DNA from: Phoronis australis
Lineage: Eukaryota > Animalia > Phoronida
Direction of reading: 5' to 3'
DNA length: 64,000 nt
Assembly (NCBI GenBank): GCA_002633005.1
Contig: NMRA01000105.1
Span: 62,001-126,000, forward strand
Below the pieces are notes generated by a model. It was given only the letters and a program-made list of their open reading frames with translations, was not told where the DNA came from and searched no databases. Position numbers and translations under genes: made by a program. Positions 40,117-51,100 of the stretch are shown here, in pieces. Each line of letters begins with the position of its first letter. Position 1 is the stretch's first letter.

Positions 40117-42007
40117 GGGGTTACTGACAGTGTTTAGATAAATACATTTCGACTGATACGCTATTGAGCAAAGTAATTCTAAAGTCAACCATTCTCCACT
40201 GATTCCAATTATTGACTTGGTGTGACAATATGAAACCATGTACCAAGTTTCCTACGCGTTTTATAATTTAATGATTAAACATTAATCGATGGCTTAATAA
40301 TGCATATCCCAAGATTCATTCAACAATAAACTTGTGTGTGATACATCATATTGATATGGATGAACACATCTATTGTGGTTTGAATCTCTTTCAACAAGAT
40401 TTTCTTTACTGTGCAGGGTCATATTACAGTACTTTTAACAATGTTGCTGTGCCATGGATGAAAACAAACTCCAGTGAAGAGCCATTTTCATATTCTGGTC
40501 AATTGACTGTAGTGATGCGTCTAGTACGACTCAAATTACCTTATGTTAAGGAAGAAATTAAAAGCATGTAATTCAAATGAAGCAAAATGCACTTAAGTCT
40601 ACTTATTACTAGTAGTTTATTTTAATTTAATGTGTTTTTAACTGTCTTTTTATGTATTGTTTACACGCTTTGTATGTATATATCTTTATCTTTATTTGCA
40701 TATTTTCTGTCTTTATTATTTGTATCGAAGGTATCTTATTTACTTCAATGTTTTGTCTTGCTTTGTGAAGTATCACTTATAACTTTAGTTGGCACTGTAA
40801 ACTTCTGAATAATTTTGTAAATGATTGAACTAACCTATCGGTACAAAATTGTGATTATCGGAATATTAGTTCCACTGAGAAGGCATCCTTCTCCAGTTGA
40901 AAAGTACTTACATGAACGTGACTTAGCCAAGGCCAGGCGTATTTTGCTGAACAGCTTCCTGTGTACAATGGTGATTGGGATGGACGTGTATCAGTGCGTG
41001 CTGACTTCATCAAGAATCTATCTATTTTCAATCGGCTGCCGTTGTTGTGGCGCCCTCTTGTGGCAATCTATTCTTTTTGCCTATAGCTGAATACAAGGTC
41101 CCTGATGGGTCCTCATGAAATGTGGCATATGTGTTTCTATTGAGAAAAGTACAAATGATGTCTGTTTTGTGACTTATCTGACTACTGTGCAGTTGCCTAG
41201 TCGCAGTTTTGTTTTTCTTTGTGCTTGCCTAGTCTACCAAGTTCCGTAGTGGATGTTCATGAAATCTGACACAAGTTACTATCATGGTGGTGTTCTCCAT
41301 GACCTGCTTTGAGAGGTCGATGCGACTAGTTTGATTTTGACCCTGACGTGTAAATAGAACGCCACGGAATTGATTTTTTCGTTTTGAACAAAAAACATAA
41401 TTTTTTGTGTTCACTATGATGTGCATGCACTGCGCTCTGTCTAAATTTTCAAAGTGGTTTTAAACGCGACCTGTATGAAGTTTTGAGTGTAGAGAACACT
41501 GCCTGTAGATGACAGCACCTGTCCTGTTTCAGATGGATTTGACTGATGTGGCGACTCCTACTGGCCTTTCTATTGTTTTTGTCGCCTGTATGCCTGTCTT
41601 TGAATTTTCTTGAAGAATCATGATGAAAGGTGGTTGGTGTGTTCCTACTGAGGAGAGCATTTCTGGCTTACTGTGCGCCCCCTGGAGCCTATTATTAAGT
41701 TTACTAGCATTTCTCCATTTAGTAAGAATGTTTAAAATAATAGTAATTTCTTGTATCTGCTGTGTGTGGTGCACATGGTGGATGCATGTCAACACTTTGC
41801 ATTGATCTTGTCATGTATAGGTGACACCTTTGAAGGCAGCTGATGTTTTTAAATCCTTCCATCGCGAACAGGTACTTTGAAGTCACGATTCCTTTTCAGA
41901 AGATTGGAATATTCACAGACAAAATGAATGTGAGGTTTTACATTATGGAGAGAAACAGTGGTACAAACTTCAATTCTGAAGTATCTTGATTTGATAATCT
42001 TTTGCAG

Positions 42008-42121
42008 GGCCCACCCTGGAAGTGGCACTATTGTAACGTTTTGCCAGTTTTTATTCATCGCTGTTGAGGGATTCATATTTGAATTCAAGTTTGGAACTAA
42101 AAAGTCTGTAATTCCAATGAA
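42008..42121 (+). CDS. SLC35B4: SLC35B4 exon (AHPGSGTIVTFCQFLFIAVEGFIFEFKFGTKKSVIPMK)
   Basis: tttgcag acceptor, gtaagt donor, 114 bp. Confidence 0.9.
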
Positions 42122-45100
42122 GTAAGTTTGCAAGGTTTTGGGGACATTTTGTCACTGAGGCCAGTCTTAAAAATATCTTTGTTTGCCCTTATCGAACCCA
42201 ACTTTTAACATCTGGGCAGGTAGGGAGGCAAAAACATTTTGATACATCGATTTTGCTACTATTTTTCAATCAATGAGTGACTCCTTCAAGAATATTGAGA
42301 ACTTATAAACTCTCCTTTACGATTTTGCTGAGGGATTTTTTGTAGCGAAACAACCAAGTCGCCAGTAAGGCTATGTCATCAATCAAACAAAAGTGCAAAA
42401 TTAATTACAGGACTTTATGTAGAGTTATAAACAAAAAAGTGAGAGGAATTTTCTGAGTCGGCAGGTTTTAATTGGTCGGTCGGGTAAGGGCAAACGAACT
42501 TAATTTTTATTTAGGCCTGAGTGTAATCATTTCTTTATTTCATACAGTCAAAAACGGTTGTCAAAACCTGTTTATCATTTTGAAAAGCTTGCTAAGTGGT
42601 CAAATTCTTTTGTTTAACAGGTGAAAAGTTCTCACTGTGTTGACGACGAGTAGAAATTTCTGTTGATTCATTTGGTGTTGGGTTATGCTAAAGTAAAGAG
42701 TTTTTAATAAACCTATTTGAGAGCACTTTTATAAGTAACTTAGAAAGCACTTGAATTACAGATTTTAACTTCTTTACAGCAAACTTTTTGTTTTTGTTTT
42801 TGTTTATCTCCAGGCCATGTTCTTTTACCTCATTGTTGTCATATGATTGTTTCATTGTGTTGAAAATTTTTGACAAAGGGTAGAACTTTTCTCCTTACCA
42901 TACTGAAGATATTTTAATTCCATTACATGAAATTCACCAAAGATATTTGTTTTCAGAAACTATGTGGTGATGGTCAGTGTGTTCTTCATCACGTCATCTG
43001 TAAACAACTACGCCCTCAACTTCAACATATCACTACCTCTTCACATGATATTTAAGTCGGTAAGTCTCACCTTCAACAGATCACTATCTGTTCACATGAT
43101 ATTCAAGTTAGTAAGTTTGAACTTCTACTTATCATTATCTTCACATGTTCTAGTCATTAAGTTTCACTTTCAACATATCACTACCTCTTCACATGATATT
43201 CAAGTCGGTAAGTCTCACTTTTAACATATCACTACCTCTCCACATGATATTCCAGTCAATAAGTTTCACTTTTAACATATCACTACCTCTCCACATGATA
43301 TTCAAGTTGGTAAGTCTCACTTTCAACATATCACTACCTCTTTACATCATATTCAAGTCTGTAAGTCTCAGCTTTAAGTCTCACTACCTCTTCACATGAT
43401 ATTCGCTTGAACTGAATCTTGTTCTTCTATGTTTTGCTTATTTGCGAAACTGTAGTTTGATTAAATAATAAACTTTGTGCAATCATGTATAACAAGTCAA
43501 AATTGGAGAGGTTAAATGAAATAATAAAATGTTCCATTAATGCACTGTTGTTCTCCAGTATAAAATACAAATAAAATATTCTACTTTTTAGTATTACCCA
43601 TATTCAAGAGATTGATGCAAACTAAGCAATGTTCACCTGTCAATACTGCCAAATATAGTTTTGATTGACATTTTTATTATTGTCTCTCAAAGCTGCATTT
43701 TGCGTGTTTAGCTGGCTAAAAACAAAAATGGAACGAGACCTTTTATTCGATCTGATTTCTTGCTGTGATATGATTCTATTTTGATTACCAAAAAGTTCAA
43801 AACAGACTGCCAGGGTTATCCCTAGATGTCCCATTTGACTGTCCATCCAGTCAGAGGTTCACTTAGTTAAATTAGATTACCCATTGATAGGTTGAATGAA
43901 TTTAGACGGTTGTGTATGGTTTTTAATTGTTGCTGCGGCGATGCACCAGAATACCTGACCAGAAATATTGTACCAAGTATTTTTAAGATTTGTGCTCCGA
44001 CATTCATATTTACTCAGGAGTCCAAGAGCGGGATGCCCACTACTAAGTCTGATTGGAATTCTGTGTTCAACCAGTGGTCCCAATGACTCATTGGATTAAA
44101 GCGTCTGGAGGGTTAGCAGAAGGTCCTGGGTTCAAGTCCTGTTGGGTAGAAATCTTTTCTAACATATTCATTCGGTCACATGATGTGACCAACAGGAAGC
44201 GTGCAGACCATACTTAAAAATGTATGCAATTTATATTCCCATGCCAGTTTAGATTTACACATTCATAATTATATTCTGGTACCTAGACACAGGACTGTTT
44301 CTTATGCAAGGCAATGTTTTGTTCTTACCATTTGGGAATTTCGTCATTTGTTCAACATTTTATTTCCTTCTACTTTCCAGGGTTCTCTGGTAGCTAACAT
44401 GGTTCTTGGAATCTTCATCTTAAAGAGAAGGTACGGTACACCTTGTTTATCATGTCACAGTGAAACAATATACAGGTTTTATATATTTATTCTGTTAAAT
44501 CTGAAGTATGAAGTTTGAAGCTGCCAGCTTGTATATTAGATAGTAAAATGTTTATAACTTTAAATGTCTGGCAAGTCGGAGTATGCAGTTAGGGTTTAAC
44601 ACTTGTGTTTGAAAGGAAGTGCTGTATAGAATGCACTGTTCACTGCTTTGAACGTCTTCATTCTTGACAGTGGTGATACTGTGTGGAGAGTATTGAATGT
44701 GATCTGTTCATTGTTCTGATCATTTTGCTATAGCTTAAAGTTGTATGGTGGGCAAGGTGTGATTTGTTCACTGTTTTGCACATCTTGCTATAGCTGCAAA
44801 TTCTATGGCGTGCAAGGTGTGAAGTGTTCACTAATTTGAACATCTTGCTCTTTTAGACTAGTTGTATGTTGTAGGGAGTGAATTGTTCGCTGTTTTGAAC
44901 ATGTTGCTATTTTGTTGAGTTGCAGGGAACTGTTTATGTTAATAACTGACGATGTGTTGTGTACTGCTTTGTACTTATTGATAGTTTGTTCCCACAGTTA
45001 CAAGATGTCCAAATATATATCTGTCGCCGTGGTTACAGCTGGCATCTTTATCTGTTCCCTGATGTCAGCTCAAGAGGTCAGTAACTAAGTTTTGTCAATG

Positions 45101-48100
45101 TGCGTGCACCGTCACTTTTATGCCCATAAAGATTGCGGTTAGAGAAACTAGAGTTGTCACTTTATTTGGAAAAAGATTTTAAACAGCTTATTATTTAAAA
45201 TGACTTATTCTTATTAAAATGACATAGGCAAAAAATTGAATTTCAGGCCTCAAAAGCAAGGCCCCATATATTAATATAGGGGGCCCTGCCGAAAGGCGGC
45301 CGGAGAGCGGGGCCACCTATATTAATATGGAGGGCCCCGCCGAAAGGCTGCCGGAGAGCGAGGCCGCTATATTAATATAGAGGGCCCCGCTCTTCGACCC
45401 CGTTTCGGCCTTGCTATTGAGGCCTGAAGTTCAATTTTTTGCCTATGTCATTTTAATAAGAATAAGTCATTTTAAATAATAAGCTGTTTTTAGTACAGTC
45501 CGTTGTCATTGTTCTTGGTTGGCACTCCCCCATTACCAATATAACACCAGATGAAGCAGCGAGCATAACTCTCTTGTTTGGGGCTGTAAAGGTTTAGGTT
45601 CGACTTAAGTTATAACTTCAGGGGTATAAACAATGGCCGGACTTCTAAATCCAGAGGTGGTACGGTACCGAAAAATCCAATGGGAGCTCCGAAAAAACAA
45701 ATGTCTAGACCAAAAAATACTTTGGCGAGCTGACTGATTATGCATGTCCTCTTAATGTCCATCAGAGTCTGGTCTGCACCAGCATTGCTGAATGTTTTCA
45801 TTAAAAACAAAAACATAGCCTTTAAATATTAGAGCAACAGTAAATACTACCCTCAAACGAGTAGTTTGTTTCTCAACATTTCTTGCCTTGTTTTGCTGCT
45901 CTGTTAGTTTTTGACCTCCTTTATCCATCAATCGACTGCCGTTGAAATAATTTGGTCTAGGCACTGTATTTGTTCCCCACTCCCCAGCCACTTAATTCAA
46001 CTGACAAGACCCTAGGATTTGCTGCTATATTGGTTGAGTATTTTTGGGCCGGCCACTGGATTCACCGTAGCGTTGCACAGGTTTTTGGAGCTGTCACTTG
46101 ATTTAACAGTCCAGCCATAGTATTATTTTCTCAGTAATGTTTATATGTAACAGTCAATCTATTGTGGGGATTCACATTAATATGGTCTGTCTATCATTAA
46201 CAGCCCATTTTCTATTTAAGTCAGCTCTACCCTGTATTATCTTACTCATGTGGAGCGCTAAAACCTGTGGATCACATAGTTTTCATCCCTCGGTTTGTCC
46301 ACTCTTGGGTCTTGTCAGTTACCAGTCTCTTGTGAGCCCAGCAGGTGTGTTGTTGTGGTGATTTGCTGTGGTTATCACCCTGACAACGCACGGGCTAGGC
46401 TGACTAATCCGCGTTCATTAGCGTAGTCAGGTTTCTGTGATAAATTTTTGTCTATTCACAGCCCTTCTATCAACAATACTTGACAAATTTGAAATGGAGT
46501 ACCTTGTACAAACTGTGTTGTTTCTCAGAGAAATATCGCAGATCTTGCTCAGTTACACTTTCTTACATTCATTGGTAAATATGCAGATGTAATGTATTAT
46601 ATATATATAGCAGTTCGTGCTAAGTGCTGTAACAGAGGTAGATATGCTGACAACCCTCCCCTTCCAGTCCTCCATTTCTACCTTCCCTCCTACGTTTCTC
46701 CCCTTTCCTGTACCCTCCCTCCTTGCATCGCCCTCCCTTCCTACATCTCCCTCCCTACACCTCCCTTCCTCCCTACATCTCCCTCCCTCCATGTTTCTCC
46801 GTATTCCTCCACCCTCCACCCCTTTCTGTTCCTGTGCTACCATCCGTTCCTCCCTTTTCCACTTTGTTTTGCTTCCTCCCCCCTCTTCAACTGCTTTCAG
46901 ATTTCTAGGTGTTTTCATTTCATTTTTATTTCAGAAGCCACAAAACAGCAAAGATGAAGAAACAGATCTCAGTCGCTGGTTTACTGGTAAACAATGGACT
47001 CACAATTTTGAAACATTTATTTGCTTGTGTGCCATATCAGTTTGCCCCTATTTGTATTAGTTTGGCGACCATCCCCCAAGTGAGTAAGATCTTATGATTG
47101 AGTTCAAAATGTTTTTATTTTCACTTATGCGAAAGACTGGCTTCACCAGATTGACTTGTTTTATTTCTATATCTGGACCTCTATTGGTTTTGTTTTTCAT
47201 CTGAGCGCAGATGTTGTTCTAAATGTTATGCTTAGAAAACACAGGTCTGTCATTACCTTTGTCGTCACCATCCTTGTCATCTTATGTATTATTCATCACC
47301 CCTTGCCGTCATTATCACCCTCATCATCATTATCATCGTCATTGCTAACTTTTCATCACCTGTACTAGTTTCTCATTATTTTGATTCTCCTCATCCTAAT
47401 CCTAATCAAAATAATCTATCATTCCTTGACAATACTTTTCTGTTACAGGCATTGCCATGCTGTCCTTCTCACTGTTTGCTTCAGCACGTCTGGGCATCTA
47501 CCAGGAGCAGACGTACGCACAATATGGAAAACATCCAAAGGAGGCATTGTTTTACAATGTATGTATATAACTGTGGTTATTAAACTCATTCAAAGGTGGC
47601 ATTGTTTTACAATGTATGTATATAACTGTGGTTATTAAACTCATTCAAAGGTGGCATTGTTTTACAATGTAAACTATTTCTAAAACTCATTTAAAGTGGC
47701 TGTGAATGCTCCTTCCATTGCCAAATACAACTTTCGATTTAGAACACTTACCATTATGAACCTGGCCTCATATTTTCCTCAGTCAAATTAGGGATGACTT
47801 CAGTTCTGTGAAAAAACTGACAGTTTGTTATTGCATCAAAACCTGTAGCTTATCACAATGGATCATTGTGTATACCAAGCATGGTGGCAAGGAATGTGGA
47901 ACTGTCAGATCTTTGCAAGCACACAAATCTCTCTCATCTGGGTAAGGATCTCAACACTTAACGTCATATCGCCAAATGTGACCTGGAAAAATTCCAAGGT
48001 CATCTGATAGGAACTGAACAGAGGGCGCCACATGTTGTTGTCAGGAGCCAAAAATGAAATTACTGAGTTACCTGAAGTGAAAAAACCAGATAATTTGAAA

Positions 48101-51100
48101 GGGCGTTCTTTTTGCTGAAATGGAAAACTGGGGGATTTGCGTGCTTGAAGATGACAAATTTTTGTCTTTTGGTCCCAATATTGCATGCACAGTCTCACCT
48201 ACTGAGAGACACGGATACAATCGGGCCTGTCACATTACTGTTGATGGTTTCCTAGTTTTGTCCGTTTACTGCCCATAGTATTTTAAGTGTGTGCTTAGAT
48301 GTAGCATGGTGACCTGGGATTTTTACCAAACAGGCACTTGGTATGTGGCCTAAATCAAATGTTTGCTTCTTGGATGGAACGCACTTTATGGCCAGTTTAA
48401 CATGCAAGTGAGTGCATTGTCAATGGTCCTGTGAGGGTGTTTTTGAATCTCATTTTTAGCTTAGTTAACAGTAAAATGTTCGGTTAAAAGTGTTCAGAAT
48501 TCACCATTGTCTTCTGTGATGACAGTGAAAAAATTGAGAGAAGTTACTTACTAGAAGACTATAAGTTAGTCATGTGATCAATGGCCTGAACTGCAGGCTT
48601 GAAACGATATGCTTATAGTCTTCTATTCTCACGAAAACAACAACGGATTTAAAACTTGACATGTTTCGGTGTCATTTATTAAACACCATCCTCAGAAGTC
48701 ATAATACAGTGGCCACCTAGCTAGGCCCAGCAACAAGTAATGAAGCACAGATACAGTCAGTTACAGGGAGTGACAATGAACTATACCAACAATGACAACC
48801 TGTGGTGTGTCAGTTGCCTATTGAGATTGGGCTTGCACCAACTGATATGTAAAGCCTCACGAATTTTAAGCTCCTTTGTTGTTACTGCCTGGTCTATTAT
48901 TGCAAAGTCATTGAAAGAGCACTGCTGATAGCAATGAGTAAGTAACTCGAAATCAAATAGATGCTGGAATGCCGTGCAGTTACCGACGAATTAAAATATA
49001 AAACAGTATAACTAGTAAAACTAAAACGACGAGTGTCAGTACTAAAATATATTAAAATATCCCCCCATTTCGAGCGATGCGCTCTTTGTCAAGGGTTTAA
49101 GTAACTTCTCTGACTCCTTTTTACTACGACAATGTTGAATGTTATGGTATCATTCTGTGTTTAAATCACTAACAGTTTGTTTTAACAAACTTATTTAAGA
49201 CCAAATATGGGCATAGTTGATACTGGTCTGTACCTTGACTTATGCGGAGACCTGTACTCACCGATTAAAAAGGGCCTCCACGTATCAAATTCAGCCAAGA
49301 GCTCGTGTTTTCTTTTGAAAAGTTGCGCAAAGGCACGTAAGCAAACAGGAACATCACCGAATAAGAAGTAACCACTTACTTAGAGACATTTCAGTTAGAT
49401 GCAGACATTTTGGCCTGGTGCGCCTGGCCTTTTTTGATGAATGAGGGGTTTCCCGCCTTTTACCTGTCTCCCCTGTATTCCAACATTATCATTATATGAA
49501 AGACGGAAACCCCTTATTCATCGAAAAAAGGCCTGGCGTACCAGGCCGAAACGTCTGCATCTAACTAAATCGTCTCTAAGTAAGTGATTATTTCTTATTC
49601 CAATGCCTCTAGATACCAGTGAACAACTTATTCTCCAGGAGCATCACCATTTGCCAAGTGATGAGTGAAAAACAAATACCATGCTTGCTCATCTCTTACC
49701 AGTTTGAAGACGAGCACTATTTGACTAGCATATTTTGTCCTGGTAGATGGGCTGCAGGCCTCGTGGATTTAATTTACCCTAATAGGGGAATATTAATTTT
49801 CTTTGTTAACAGTTGGCTGGAGCAAAAATGCATTCTCTGTGTTCCAGTAAGATTGTGGTTTTGTTTCAGCATGCTATGCCACTTGCTGGGTTTTCTCTAT
49901 TCTACCACCTCATTTATGAACACGCCGTATTATACAGTCAGTCAGGTAGGCTAGTGGTTTATTGAACATCTGTAAGGTTATCTCCAACCTTATTCACAAA
50001 AATTGGCCATTTTTACAATATTTCACTTGTGTCTAGCAAAATACCTTATCTTCATTCTCTGGGAACTTCAAATACAAAATAACGAGAGAAAAAGTTTTAG
50101 CAGAACCACCATGGAACCGCACAACCACATAGATATTTGTTTACTACTTATCCAAGGTCAAAGTTTAAAGGGCTTTCAATTAAATCGAATCTCCCGCCAG
50201 GTACAGAATAGCTTCGTATACCCTCAGTCCTTTCATTCACAAAGTCGCCATAACATTGAGCCAACGAGGTGTACTTGTGATAGGATGGTGCCGGGGAAAA
50301 CTAAGACAAAACGTAGTTTTGATCCTAAGAGAATTGTGCGTCTACGTGCATACGACCGTTAGCGTTGAAAATGAATGCTACGAGTCGCCTCAGGCCTCTG
50401 TGATCATGAACACAGAAAGTTGTGAAAAGAGATTAATCCTCACCCTAATTCCTTAATTCAATTAATAAGTTGACATTTTGATGTTTCGATCTCATGCTAA
50501 CGACATACTTTGACCACCGATTCGATTTTTGTAATCCATTTCTTACTTAGTTTTGTATCAGTCTCCCAGCACGTGACGTGTACAGGCTATGAATTGTGAC
50601 CTACTTAGAAAGTATGGCGTAAACAACAGTAAAAGTTGACTGGGAACAATACGTCTGTTTGAGGTTTAATGATAATTAAGTTAGTTACGCACTGCAAAAT
50701 CAGTTGACATTGCGAGTGAATGTTGAAATAGCTAACATAGTTAAGGATTGTATAGGTTTTGTGTACCAAAAACAAGTTTTCACCGAAGACTTTGAGATTT
50801 TCACTTGTCCCAGTTTAATCGGCTTTTTCTCGGCTTTGGCAAATCGACTTTATTTGAACACTAGTTCTCGAAAACAGCTAAATGGATTTCGCTGAAACTT
50901 TCCAGACTTAATATTTAGTCACCAATCTCAAAAACACTGTTAGCATTTTTGACCTAAAGGCCTAGTTTTTACGTAATGTGACAAAGACGAATACGACTTC
51001 ACAATTTTTTACAAAAATAAATTACATTTTGCGAGTTGATTTGCCATAGAAACCAAACAAACAGACTAATCAGAAATTCCTAACAGCGTTTTTGAGGTAA

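Noticed and set aside
41533-41629. Candidate SLC35B4 first coding exon (MDLTDVATPTGLSIVFVAC or MWRLLLAFLL)
   Set aside because: All three frames hit stops before a phase-2 donor; the similarity is weak and may be chance.
44076-44148. Functional tRNA gene
   Set aside because: The acceptor and anticodon stems are poorly paired and the A box is degenerate; a SINE or pseudogene is more likely.
46553-47060. Pro/Ser-rich and Gly/Glu/Arg-rich ORFs
   Set aside because: Products of a CT-rich low-complexity intron tract; only 46935-46986 is a real exon.
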